DNA from: Porphyromonadaceae bacterium
GTDB lineage: Bacteria; Bacteroidota; Bacteroidia; Bacteroidales; UBA12481
DNA length: 64,000 nucleotides
Assembly: GCA_007280905.1 (NCBI GenBank)
Contig: QYQM01000054.1
Coordinates: forward strand, 22,107-86,106
Reading direction: 5' to 3'
Part shown: in pieces, positions 46,902-57,100 of the stretch
Layout of the letters: each line of letters starts with the position of its first letter
Numbering within the stretch: position 1 is the stretch's first letter
Position numbers and translations under genes: made by a program
Notes under the pieces: generated by a model
Told to the model about the DNA's origin: nothing
Seen by the model: the letters and a program-made list of their open reading frames with translations, nothing else
Database searches by the model: none

Positions 46902-47525
46902 TCATCCGATTGGGAAGTAAATTATTTTTTTGGACACGAAACACTCTTCTTCAAAATAATCAGAAACCTCCTGAACTCTGACTTTTCCCGCAAATTGACG
47001 AATCTCATCTTCAATATCCCCCCCTTTCAGGTAAATAATTCCGTTTGGAATATCGTTGAACCCGCGCGGATTGATCAGTTTTCCAACCAAAGCGACAAAT
47101 TCAGGAAATGCAGTAACCGCTCTGGATATAACAAAGTCGAATTTCTGTTCAATTTCTTCTGCCCGGCACCACCGGGTCTGAATATTCTTCAGTCCGATTT
47201 CGTCAGAAACAGACTGAACAACCTTGATTTTCTTGGCAATGGAATCGACGAGGGTAAATTCAACTTCCGGGAAATAAATTGCCAGGGGAATTCCCGGGAA
47301 TCCGCCGCCGGTACCTGCATCGAGTACTTTTGTTCCTGGTTTCAGTGAAACAAACCGTGCTATTGACAGGGAATGTAAAACATGATGAAGATACAGGTAA
47401 TCAATATCTTTCCTTGATATCACATTGATCTTTTCATTCCACGACCGGTACAGTCCATCCAGCCGTTCAAATTGAGCGAATTGTTTCAGCGACAGGTTTT
47501 GAAAATGGGAGGCAACCGGGTTCAA
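46902..47525 (-). CDS. rsmG: 16S rRNA (guanine527-N7)-methyltransferase
   Basis: 207 aa. VLDAGTGGGFPGIPLAIYFPE, typical GidB/RsmG. Confidence 0.88.
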   Translation of the reverse strand: MNPVASHFQNLSLKQFAQFERLDGLYRSWNEKINVISRKDIDYLYLHHVLHSLSIARFVSLKPGTKVLDAGTGGGFPGIPLAIYFPEVEFTLVDSIAKKIKVVQSVSDEIGLKNIQTRWCRAEEIEQKFDFVISRAVTAFPEFVALVGKLINPRGFNDIPNGIIYLKGGDIEDEIRQFAGKVRVQEVSDYFEEECFVSKKIIYFPIG

Positions 47526-47526
47526 T

Positions 47527-48117
47527 TCAAACTTCTTTTGAAATGATGATGTGATACAGCAGCTCTTTGGCCCTGAACAATTGTGCTTTGACCGTACCGA
47601 TAGGCAGGCTCAGGGTTTCGGCAATCTCTTCATACGAATATTCTTCAAAATACCTGAGTTGAACCAACCGGGAATATCTTGGCTTCAATTCCTTCACGAT
47701 GGTCTTCAGGAATTCGGTTTTCTGTTTGTGGATCAAAACCTCCTCAGGATCGGGTGTATCCGACTGCAGCTGAACGGGGTTATCTTCATCAGCATCTCTT
47801 CCCTGGCTGTCGATGGAGATGGTTTTGGTGTGCTGCTTTCTCAGAAAGTCGATAGCGTTATTATTGGCGATCTTGAAAAGCCAGGTGCTGAAGGCGAAAT
47901 CGGGCTCGTAATTGTGGATGAATTTAAAAGCTTTGCCGAAAGCTTCTATAGTCAGATCCTCAGCATCATCTTTGTTATGGGCCATCTTGAGGATCATGAA
48001 GTAAACGGAATCCCAATAGCGACTTAGCAATTGGGCAAAAGCATGCTGATCGCCACTCCGGGCTTTTTGAACCAGTGCATAGTCCTGCTTGGCTTTATTG
48101 GAAAGATCAGAAACCAT
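47527..48117 (-). CDS. RNA polymerase sigma-70 family factor (ECF-like)
   Basis: 196 aa. Region 2 (AEDLTIEAFGKAFKFIHNY...STWLFKIANNNAIDFLRK) and region 4 (EYSYEEIAETLSLPIGTVKAQLFRA). Confidence 0.85.
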   Translation of the reverse strand: MVSDLSNKAKQDYALVQKARSGDQHAFAQLLSRYWDSVYFMILKMAHNKDDAEDLTIEAFGKAFKFIHNYEPDFAFSTWLFKIANNNAIDFLRKQHTKTISIDSQGRDADEDNPVQLQSDTPDPEEVLIHKQKTEFLKTIVKELKPRYSRLVQLRYFEEYSYEEIAETLSLPIGTVKAQLFRAKELLYHIIISKEV

Positions 48118-49280
48118 TACCAGGCGAACTTATTGTTTTTCTTTAATTTGGTTTTCAGAATCAGGAAGCCCGAAATAGCTGGCATCAAGATATCGTAAAT
48201 CAGGGAAAACAGCCAGATGCCTTCTTCTTTTAACCGTTTCATTGTAAGCTTGACAATCCACAGGTGCATGATCCAGCGAAACAGCAGCAGGAGAAAGAGG
48301 TACCCCGGAAATTTCCAGAATGACAATAGAACGATCAGGCTGACATAGAAATACTCACGTGAGACCATTTCGAGACCGATCAGAAAACGGTGCAGTGCAT
48401 GATAATACGGGCCAGTGGTGAGATGGCGTCTTTTCTGACGAAGCCAGCTGTTCATAGTATGCATGGGCTCGGAAACCGTTATGCTGTCGGGATCAATTTC
48501 TAATGCGGTATTGGTTTTATTGGCTGTCTGGTTGACAAAAAGATCATCGTCACCTGATTGGAGATGAAGTTGGTTGGCAAATCCCTTGTTATTGAAAAAC
48601 AGGGATCTCCGGTAGGCCAGATTACGGCCGACACCCATGTAAGGGATTCCGCGGATGGCAAAACTGAAGTATTGCTGTGCGATCCAAAGCGTATCCATCC
48701 GTATAAACATATTGACCAGCCCCTTTTCCTTTTCGTAGGCCCCGTAGCCTAATACAATTTCTTTTTTCGGAAGAAAATTTGATTGCATGCAACCGATCCA
48801 ATTAGCACTGACCGGTCGGCAATCTGCATCGATGAATAAGAGCTGATCAAACCTGGCTGCTTTCACCCCGATGGTTTGAGCCAGTTTCTTTGCATGCGGA
48901 TATGGATGTGTATGCTCTATTGTTGTAACATAGAGATGTTTATATGCTTTTTGCATGTCAGCCAAAACGGCCGATGTATCATCACTTGAACCATCATTCA
49001 CAACAACAACCTGGAATTCAGGATATTCCTGTTCCAAAACAACAGGCAGGTTCTCCCTGAGGTTTTCGGCTTCATTTTTGGCACAGATGATGACAGAAAC
49101 CGGATCCAGGGTCTGTTTCTCATTAACCTTACGATAACGGTGAATCCGCAAAAAGAAATAGAAATAATAGAAAATCTGGACACCCCAGGCAATTACCGCA
49201 AGTCCTGCAAGGGATAAAAACAGATAATCGGTCCAGTGGTCTAATGTAACCAGAAATAAATCTGTAAGTATCTGAATCAT
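48117..49280 (-). CDS. Membrane-anchored family 2 glycosyltransferase
   Basis: ATG at 49280. VSVIICAKNEAENLRENLPVVLEQEYPEFQVVVVNDGSSDDT, DADC, and C-terminal TM segments. TAATG overlap with the sigma gene. Confidence 0.8.
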   Translation of the reverse strand: MIQILTDLFLVTLDHWTDYLFLSLAGLAVIAWGVQIFYYFYFFLRIHRYRKVNEKQTLDPVSVIICAKNEAENLRENLPVVLEQEYPEFQVVVVNDGSSDDTSAVLADMQKAYKHLYVTTIEHTHPYPHAKKLAQTIGVKAARFDQLLFIDADCRPVSANWIGCMQSNFLPKKEIVLGYGAYEKEKGLVNMFIRMDTLWIAQQYFSFAIRGIPYMGVGRNLAYRRSLFFNNKGFANQLHLQSGDDDLFVNQTANKTNTALEIDPDSITVSEPMHTMNSWLRQKRRHLTTGPYYHALHRFLIGLEMVSREYFYVSLIVLLSFWKFPGYLFLLLLFRWIMHLWIVKLTMKRLKEEGIWLFSLIYDILMPAISGFLILKTKLKKNNKFAW

Positions 49281-49369
49281 AGATTTTTTAAAACTTAAAC
49301 AACAGGACATGACCAGTTTGGCCATCAAAGATAGTCTTAAAATACCATATCTTTGCGATTTTGCGATCG

Positions 49370-50500
49370 ATGAATTTCCGTATAGAATCTTCAGATTCCC
49401 AGAGCAAAGCCAGGGCAGGTATTTTTACTACTGCACATGGCCATATTCCAACACCGATTTTTATGCCGGTTGGCACGGCAGCAACCGTGAAAGCTGTTCA
49501 CCAGCGAGAACTTGCCGAAGATATCGATGCTCCGGTCATTCTTGCAAACACCTATCATCTTTATCTGCGGCCGGGTATGGAGGTTCTTCAGGAGGCCGGG
49601 GGAGTGCATCGCTTTATGAACTGGAACCGCACCATCCTTACCGATAGTGGCGGATACCAGGTATTCAGTATGGCTGCCAACCGTAAGCTTACCCCCGAAG
49701 GTGCCTGGTTTTCATCACATATTGATGGCTCAAGGCATCTTTTCAGCCCTGAAAAAGTGGTGGAAATTCAGAGGATGATCGGCAGCGACCTGACTATGGC
49801 TTTAGATGAATGCACTCCTTATCCGTGCGATGAAAAATATGCGAGAGAATCAATGAAACTAACCCATAGCTGGCTCTTGCGCGGGATCAAACATTTCCGT
49901 AATATGGCACCGTTATACGGGTTCGACCAGTATTTTCTTCCCATTGTACAGGGTAGTGTCAATCGCGACTTCCGGGAAAGATCAGCCAGTTTTATCGCTG
50001 AACAGGGTATGCCGGCCAATGCAATCGGTGGCCTTTCGGTTGGCGAACCTGAAGAGCTGATGTATGAGATGATCGAAGTGGTTAATGATATTTTACCCGC
50101 CGATAAGCCCAGATACCTCATGGGAGTCGGAACACCGGTCAATATCCTCGAAGCGATCAGCAGGGGGGTGGACATGTTTGATTGTGTAATGCCAACCCGG
50201 AATGGCCGCAACGGGATGCTTTTCACCCGGAATGGTATACTGAATATGAAAAACGAGAAATGGAAGTTCGATTTCTCACCCATCGATCCGGATGGATACT
50301 CCTATGTGGACCAATATTATTCGAAAGCCTATCTGCGGCATCTGATAATTTCCGGTGAGAGGCTGGGAGCACAGATTGCCAGTATACATAACCTGGCCTT
50401 TTACCTATGGCTCGTGCGTGAGGCCAGAAGCCACCTGCTGAAGGGTGAATTCACCGAATGGAAAACAAAAATACTACCGGCTCTTGGCAGCCGTTTATAA
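49370..50500 (+). CDS. tgt: tRNA-guanine transglycosylase (queuine tRNA-ribosyltransferase)
   Basis: ATG at 49370. ARAGIFTTAHGHIPTPIFMPVGT, LTDSGGYQVFS, LMGVGTP, and a Zn site (CxCxxC...H) region. Confidence 0.92.
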   Translation: MNFRIESSDSQSKARAGIFTTAHGHIPTPIFMPVGTAATVKAVHQRELAEDIDAPVILANTYHLYLRPGMEVLQEAGGVHRFMNWNRTILTDSGGYQVFSMAANRKLTPEGAWFSSHIDGSRHLFSPEKVVEIQRMIGSDLTMALDECTPYPCDEKYARESMKLTHSWLLRGIKHFRNMAPLYGFDQYFLPIVQGSVNRDFRERSASFIAEQGMPANAIGGLSVGEPEELMYEMIEVVNDILPADKPRYLMGVGTPVNILEAISRGVDMFDCVMPTRNGRNGMLFTRNGILNMKNEKWKFDFSPIDPDGYSYVDQYYSKAYLRHLIISGERLGAQIASIHNLAFYLWLVREARSHLLKGEFTEWKTKILPALGSRL

Positions 50501-51580
50501 ATGGTGCTGAAGCGTCTTGATATCTATATCATCCGTAAGTTCCTGGGAACCTTTTTCCTGGCGATCGGACTGATTATTCTGGTGGCAGTTGTTTTTGATT
50601 TTTCGGAAAAAGTAGATGATTTTATCAATCATAAAGCACCTTTGAGTGAAATCCTTTTACGATATTATCTCAATTTTATTCCCTTCTTTTCCAACCTGTT
50701 CAGCTATCTGTTTGTTTTCGTGTCGGTAATTTTCTTTACCTCAAAAATGTCTGTCCACAGTGAAATCACGGCGATTTTGTCTACCGGGGTAAGTTATCGC
50801 CGATTGATGGTTCCTTATATGGTTTCAGCTTTTTTTATTGCAGGGCTAAGTTTTTTACTTTCGAATTATTTCATACCGTATACCAGCATCAGCCGTCTGG
50901 AATTCGAGGCCAAATATCTCGACAAGGCATATGGGTCACCAGAACGGGATATCCACAAACAAATCGACGAAGGAGTTTTTATTTATGTCGAGAATTTTGC
51001 CCGCCGCAATAACTTTGGTCTCAAGTTCTCTATCGAGAAATTTGAAAAAGGGATTTTAAAATCAAAACTGATGGCTGAATCGATTCGTTATGACTCCATC
51101 AATAAAACCTGGAAAATTCAGAATTACTGGATCCGTAACATCGATGGTATAAAAGAAACCATAACCAGCGGTGTTTCCATTGATTCCGCGCTTAACCTTT
51201 CGCCCGATGAATTCAACCGGAATGCCAATGTAGTGGAAGCCATGACTACCCCGCAGTTGAAAAAATTCATCAAGCGTGAATTATCGAGAGGGCATGGAGA
51301 TGTCTATTATGAGATCGAGCGGGATAATCGGTTTGCCGGGCCGTTTGCGGTTTTTATTCTGACCATCATCGGAGTATCACTTTCAAGCCGGAAAATTCGC
51401 GGGGGTATCGGGATGCATATCGGCTTCGGTATAGCTCTCAGTTTTTCATACATCCTGTTCATGCAAATTTCCAAGGAATTTGCGAATGCAGGTGATCTTT
51501 CACCCTGGCTGGCTGTTTGGCTTCCCAATTTCGTGTATGCAGCGATTGCAGTGGTTTTATACAAACTGGCTCCTAAGTAG
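50501..51580 (+). CDS. LptF/LptG-family (YjgP/YjgQ) permease
   Basis: 359 aa. MVLKRLDIYIIRKFLGTFFLAIGLIILV..., 6 TM topology with a central periplasmic domain. Confidence 0.8.
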   Translation: MVLKRLDIYIIRKFLGTFFLAIGLIILVAVVFDFSEKVDDFINHKAPLSEILLRYYLNFIPFFSNLFSYLFVFVSVIFFTSKMSVHSEITAILSTGVSYRRLMVPYMVSAFFIAGLSFLLSNYFIPYTSISRLEFEAKYLDKAYGSPERDIHKQIDEGVFIYVENFARRNNFGLKFSIEKFEKGILKSKLMAESIRYDSINKTWKIQNYWIRNIDGIKETITSGVSIDSALNLSPDEFNRNANVVEAMTTPQLKKFIKRELSRGHGDVYYEIERDNRFAGPFAVFILTIIGVSLSSRKIRGGIGMHIGFGIALSFSYILFMQISKEFANAGDLSPWLAVWLPNFVYAAIAVVLYKLAPK

Positions 51581-51586
51581 ATCCTG

Positions 51587-52036
51587 CTATTGATCAGTTC
51601 TGTACTTTTTCTCGAGAAAGCGGGATAGCAGCCAGAAACTCCAGATGAGAACTATTCCTCCCACCAGAACCCACACCAAAGTTCCGGAAAGATTCAGGGC
51701 GGGGAAATGAATATTGATGTTAAAACCTGTAAACCAGGAATTTATTTCATATAACATTTTTTCAAAAAGCGATAATCCTGAACCTGATTTAATTGGTTCT
51801 TTTGGTCCCCATAATAAAAGAACAATGAAACAGGAAAGAATAAACCCCGGGATTCCCCATTTCAACCAAATAGGAGGGGTATAGGGCTTGACCTTTTTTA
51901 CAGCAGTAATGAGGCTGATACGGTTCATTACTTCATCCATGAAACCTTCCGGTACCTGAACCGGCTCTTCTGACCGGATCACGGCGGACAGGAAATCGTC
52001 GTGAAGATCTTCTACTGAAATCATTTTGTTTGCCAT
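51587..52036 (-). CDS. Membrane protein, probable anti-sigma factor partner of the upstream ECF sigma
   Basis: 149 aa with several TM segments, overlapping the sigma gene. An alternative ATG at 52024 would give a canonical ATGA overlap. Confidence 0.5.
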   Translation of the reverse strand: MANKMISVEDLHDDFLSAVIRSEEPVQVPEGFMDEVMNRISLITAVKKVKPYTPPIWLKWGIPGFILSCFIVLLLWGPKEPIKSGSGLSLFEKMLYEINSWFTGFNINIHFPALNLSGTLVWVLVGGIVLIWSFWLLSRFLEKKYRTDQ

Positions 52037-52599
52037 ACATGGATCTCCTCTTTTAAAACTGACTTGATCTGTTCGTGCATTTTCTGCCTGGCACGGAATA
52101 ACTTAACTTTTACGTTGCTCTGGCTAAGGCCGGTCATCCCGGCCAGCTCTTCAATGGAACACTCTTCCCGGTAAAACTGTTCAGCCAGGAAGATCTCGTC
52201 CGGATTAAGTACCTCATATGCACCTTTAAGTAACTTTCGTATATCCTCAAGGTCGAGATGACTGATTGCTTCGTTGTCATTCCCTAAGTCGTTCCAGACA
52301 GCATCTTCAGGCTCAAAACCTGTAGTGAACCGATCTTTCCGGATTTTGCTGATACAGGTATTATAAATGATACGGTAAAACCAGGTGGAGAAAGCGGAGT
52401 CAAGCTTGAACCCTGGCAATGCCTCATAGGCTTTGATAAAAGCCTCCTGTGCAGAGTCGCTTGCTTCTTCTTTGTTCCTCAGTATTTTGTAACAGAGGTT
52501 ATAAGCTTTGTCTCCGTATTTCTCAACAAGGAATGCAAAGTAACTCTTTTCACCCCGGAGAACCATCCGGATACAATCGGTATCATTTATTGCATGCAT
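52021..52599 (-). CDS. ECF-subfamily RNA polymerase sigma factor
   Basis: 192 aa. Region 2 (ASDSAQEAFIKAYEAL...FSTWFYRIIYNTCISKIRK) and region 4 (ECSIEELAGMTGLSQSNVKVKLFRARQKM). Confidence 0.88.
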   Translation of the reverse strand: MHAINDTDCIRMVLRGEKSYFAFLVEKYGDKAYNLCYKILRNKEEASDSAQEAFIKAYEALPGFKLDSAFSTWFYRIIYNTCISKIRKDRFTTGFEPEDAVWNDLGNDNEAISHLDLEDIRKLLKGAYEVLNPDEIFLAEQFYREECSIEELAGMTGLSQSNVKVKLFRARQKMHEQIKSVLKEEIHVWQTK

Positions 52600-52609
52600 T
52601 CGTTATTTA

Positions 52610-52635
52610 GACGCAAGAAAGTAAAATCAGGTTAC
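52610..52635 (-). promoter_or_regulatory. ECF-type promoter candidate driving the ECF sigma operon
   Basis: Minus strand: GTAACC (52635-52630), N16, CGTC (52613-52610); 10 nt before the ATG at 52599. Confidence 0.5.
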
Positions 52636-52641
52636 AAAGTT

Positions 52642-52666
52642 GTAACCGAATTCTGCAGGGTGCGTC
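52642..52666 (+). promoter_or_regulatory. ECF-type promoter candidate driving the DUF6249-like gene (and possibly downstream genes)
   Basis: GTAACC (52642-52647), N15, CGTC (52663-52666). Its -35 element is the other half of the palindrome ggttaca-aagt-tgtaacc (52630-52647). Confidence 0.5.
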
Positions 52667-52692
52667 AAAAGAGTAAATTAAACATAAATAAA

Positions 52693-53070
52693 ATGGAAGT
52701 AGCATTCGTATTTGTAGCATTTATCGTCTCTCTTTTCGGTGTTTTCTACCTGTTTATCACTACGAGAAACCGCGAAAGGATGGCGATGATTGAAAAGGGT
52801 GTCGATCCGGCCCTGTTTTCAGCAATCCGTGAACCAAGATCCTTAAAGGGCAGCAACCGTGGATCGGGAGTGAAATTTACCCTGAAATCCGGTATGCTGA
52901 TCATTGGAATGGGCATTGGATGTGTGATCTCAGTATTATTTAATGGTCTGATCCACCAGCCGGTTTATTCGTTGTTGGTAATTGGCATCATTTTTATCTG
53001 CGGGGGCTCAGGCCTGGTGGCCGGTTTTTATATGGGCCGCAACCTGGAAAAGAAGGATGTCAAAGAGTAA
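52693..53070 (+). CDS. Small membrane protein, DUF6249-like
   Basis: ATG at 52693. MEVAFVFVAFIVSLFGVFYLFITTRNRERMAMIEKGVDP... then two more TM segments. The family name is from memory. Confidence 0.5.
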   Translation: MEVAFVFVAFIVSLFGVFYLFITTRNRERMAMIEKGVDPALFSAIREPRSLKGSNRGSGVKFTLKSGMLIIGMGIGCVISVLFNGLIHQPVYSLLVIGIIFICGGSGLVAGFYMGRNLEKKDVKE

Positions 53071-53095
53071 CCGGTTCTGATAAGGAATGTTGAAA

Positions 53096-53124
53096 ACCGC
53101 AATGGCTTACCCATTGCGGTTTTT
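53096..53124 (+). terminator. Rho-independent terminator after the DUF6249-like gene
   Basis: accgcaatgg-cttac-ccattgcggt (10-bp perfect stem) followed by ttttt. Confidence 0.8.
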
Positions 53125-53204
53125 CATTTAACATCTTTTAACAACCCCAGGATTTAAACCTAAACCGTTTATCTTTATCCAAAAGCTAAATCTTAAACTC
53201 AAAC

Positions 53205-54101
53205 GTGGAAATCAGAATTGAAAACCTAAACAAGATTTACAAGGGAGGCAATAAGGCCCTTTCGGATATTAACCTCGTGATCGATGACGGCATGTTCGGA
53301 TTATTAGGACCCAACGGAGCCGGTAAATCAACGCTGATGCGGATACTCGTTACTTTGATGAAGCCCAGCTCTGGCAAGGTGCTGGTAAATGGAATGGATT
53401 TGCAGAAAAATCGTAAACAGGTCAGGACGCTGCTGGGGTATCTGCCCCAGGATTTCCGGTTCTTTGCCAAATACCGTACCTGGGAGTTCCTCGATTATTC
53501 AGCCCGGCTGGCTGGATTAAAGAATCGTTCCATCCGGAACAAAGAGGTGGAGCGGATGCTTGAGCAGGTGGGCCTGTTTGAAGCGCGCGACCGGAGCGCC
53601 AGTAAGCTGTCGGGTGGTATGAAAAGGCGCCTCGGGATAGCCCAGGCACTGATTGGAGATCCGAAAATCGTGATCGTGGATGAGCCAACTACCGGTCTGG
53701 ATCCGGATGAACGAATCAGGTTCAGGAACCTTCTTTCAAAAATGACCGAAAAAGAGATGATCATTATTCTTTCGACCCATATTGTCGGGGATATCTCCAG
53801 CACCTGCCGCAGCATGGCTTTGCTTGAAAAGGGCAAACTGGTTTTTGAGGGACCTCCTGATAACCTGGTGGCCCAGGCACGCGGACATGTTTTCCAGATG
53901 TCTGTTTCAAACCGGGAGTTTGAAGATGTTAAAGAGAAGTATAATGTGATTTCCACTATTCCTTCCATCAACGGTTGGGATATTCAGGTGGTGGCTGAGC
54001 ATACAGGTAATTATCCTTCAGTTCCGATTGAACCAAACCTGGAACATGCGTATGTCTATTTTATGGAACTGGTATTGAATGAACCGCAAGAAAAGTATTG
54101 A
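53205..54101 (+). CDS. ABC transporter ATP-binding protein (ABC-2 / DrrA-like exporter ATPase)
   Basis: GTG start. Walker A GPNGAGKST, signature LSGGMKRRLGIA, Walker B IVIVDEPTTGLD. Confidence 0.9.
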   Translation: MEIRIENLNKIYKGGNKALSDINLVIDDGMFGLLGPNGAGKSTLMRILVTLMKPSSGKVLVNGMDLQKNRKQVRTLLGYLPQDFRFFAKYRTWEFLDYSARLAGLKNRSIRNKEVERMLEQVGLFEARDRSASKLSGGMKRRLGIAQALIGDPKIVIVDEPTTGLDPDERIRFRNLLSKMTEKEMIIILSTHIVGDISSTCRSMALLEKGKLVFEGPPDNLVAQARGHVFQMSVSNREFEDVKEKYNVISTIPSINGWDIQVVAEHTGNYPSVPIEPNLEHAYVYFMELVLNEPQEKY

Positions 54102-54103
54102 TT

Positions 54104-57100
54104 ATGAAAACTATCAGAACTATCGGAACGATTGCCTGGTTTGAAATGCTGATCCTTTTCAGAAGCTGGTTCTTCAGAATATTCGGCGGTTTGATCCTCC
54201 TGGTCCTTTTTGGAATAAACTTCAATATTCTCAATGATAATGGCGGCAACTGGGCAGTTAAAGGTATTCCGGCCAATATTCCCTATTTCAACATCCTCAT
54301 ACTGAGTCTTACACAGGCTTTTATTGCCATGTTTCTGGCACTGGATTTCCTGAAAAGAGATAAAAAACTGGATACTTCAGAAGTTATTTTTACCCGTTCG
54401 ATGACCAACTGGGCCTACGTTTGGGGAAAAACCATCGGAATTCTTACGGTATTCATGGTATTGAATATTCTGGTCCTCATCCTGGCCCTGATCATTAATC
54501 TGGTAATGGGCGACCTGACTGTCAATTGGATGGCTTACCTCTATTATCCGCTGATCATCAGTTTGCCTTCACTGATCTTCATTCTGGGGCTCTCCTTTAT
54601 GGTGATGTCCGTTTTTAAAAATCAGGCTATTGCATTGGTAATCCTTCTTGGATATACCGGAATGGTAATGTTTTTTGGCAAGGATAAGTTCGACTTTATA
54701 TTTGATTTCATGGGTTTCCGTTTGCCTTTGGTTCATTCGGATATGATTGGTTTTGGATTTGAGGGGAAACTGCTGATACAGAGGGGGATTTATTTCCTGT
54801 TGGGCCTTTCCTTTATTTCGGGAAGTATCCTGTTGATGAAAAGATTGCCTCAATCCAAACTTCATACATCAGTGACCTGGGTAATGACGATCATTCTTGC
54901 GGTAGCCGGTGTCAGCGGGATTATAGCTTATACGGGAAGCACAGTCCGGGATTTGCATTTCAGAACGGCGATGATTGCTCTGGATGATACAAATTATAAG
55001 GCACCTGCATTAAATCTCGATGCCTGCAACCTGTTAATCAAACACCATGGGCGAACCATAAGTGTAACTGCAAAAATGACACTTAGCAACCAAACCCATG
55101 AGAGCATTTCCAAAACTGTTTTCTCACTGAATCCCGGATTGACCCTGGAGGAACTGATGATAAGCGGTGCGAAAACAACTTTCGAAAGGAAGGATCATCT
55201 GGTATTTGTAACCTTGCCTGCTGAACTTGCAGCAGGGCAGGGCATCCAGGCTGAGTTTGTTTATAAAGGATCTATTGATGAGCGTGTATGCAATTTGGAT
55301 ATTAAAGAAGAACAGGCTGCCGAAAAATGGGGGCCGGATTTTCTGATTTCAATTCGTAAACGTTTTGCGATTCTGGAACCGGAATATGTATTGCTTACAC
55401 CCGAATCTGCCTGGTATCCGCGGCCGGGTGTCCTTCATGGATCTACTATTTCCATCCTGCCAACCTGGAACTTCACCAAGTTTACGGCCACGGTAGACAC
55501 TAAAAACGGACTTCAGCCGATCATGCAGGGTAAAATTGAGAATGCAGGAAATAGCTGGGTTTTCACTCCGGAAAACCCGCTGCCAGGAATGACTCTCATT
55601 ATCGGTCCCTATAAACCCATGACTTTAACTGCCGACGGAGTTGATTTTGAGTTGAATGTGATTAAAAACCATGATTATTTCAGTGCTGTACTCGATTCGA
55701 TCTCTGATACCCTGCCCAAGTTTGTGGGCGACATGAAACAGGATCTTGAACGCAGGCTTGGATTAAAATATGCCTACCCGAGGTTGCGTCTGATTGAAGT
55801 TCCCGTTCAGTTTTATGCCTACTCCAGATTATGGGTAAAACATCGTGACTTTCTCCAGCCAGAAATGATCCTGTTTCCTGAAATGGGAAGTATGTTAACC
55901 CGGGCGGGTTTCGGGCAGGAATTGAGGCAAACGGTAAAGAGGAGCAAACAAAATGAGGAGTCGCTCACTGAAAAAGAGATTCAGCTGCGTGTTCTCCGGA
56001 ATTTTATTTCCGATAATTTCATGCCTGGAAGCTCCGATAATCGAATACGGTTGAATATGGGAGGTCAGGTAACTTTGGTTGATACAGATAAGAAATTCTC
56101 GCTTTTTCCTAATTTTTTTACTTTCGTCAATCACCTTGGATCAGATCAGTATCCTATACTGAATACGGCCATCGAAGCTTATCTGAGCAATACCGGTGAT
56201 CCACAGATGTATGGATTTGGAATGGGTACGAGCGGATTAAGCCCTGTAGAACAGGCAAATATGGAGCTGCAGAAAAAATCTTTTAAAAAGCTTCTGAGTA
56301 CCGAGATGGATAATCTCGCACTCAGGCAGGTTATCGATTCAAAAGGGAAATATTTCTTTACCTACCTGGAAGCGGTTGCCGGGTCTGTAGATTTTATGCC
56401 TTTCATACTGGACGAGATTTCAAAGACCTGCTATCAGACCATTGATTTTGTAAGATTTGCCGATGATTTTAAAAACAAATTCGGATTTAACGCTGATTCC
56501 CTGGCTGCCAAATGGTATGTAAATGATCAGTTGCCGGGTTATCTTATTGGACATGTTCGTGTTATTGAAGTTCAACAGGATGATCGCACCCGGTATCAGT
56601 TGCTGTTTGATGTTTCCAATCCATCCAGAGAGAGCGGTCTTTTGCAGATCACCCTCCGTGCCGGTGGCCGGGGTGGTATGGGTGGAGGCCGCGGTGCCGG
56701 AGGGGGAGGCGGAATGAGAGGTGGGGCTAGTTTTGCCCTTGCAGGAAGAAATGCGGCTACGGACAAATTCCTGGTTATTCCTGCAGGCCAGGCATTACAG
56801 GTGGGTTATGTGCTGGATGAGCAGCCGCGCGCCATGTCGGTTAATACTATGATATCCACTAATCTGCCGAACAATATCAGCTATCCGTTTCCAAAACTTG
56901 AACAGATTAAAGGCTTTGAACCTATTGAAGGCCAGAAGTCCATAACCCTTATATTAACCATGAGTGAGCCGGGTGAGATTGTTGTTGATAATGAGGACAT
57001 CGGATTTTCAACAATGGGTGCGGCAACGGTTAGCCGAATGGTTAAATGGTTAAGGATTAATAAGAAAAATCCGGATGTGCCCTATGAAAGCATGCGTACC

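Noticed and set aside
54900-56700. Calling the permease ectodomain an active M1 aminopeptidase
   Set aside because: No HExxH or GxMEN motif occurs anywhere in the 1147-aa product. At most it is a degenerate, non-catalytic relative, and even that is an inference from memory.
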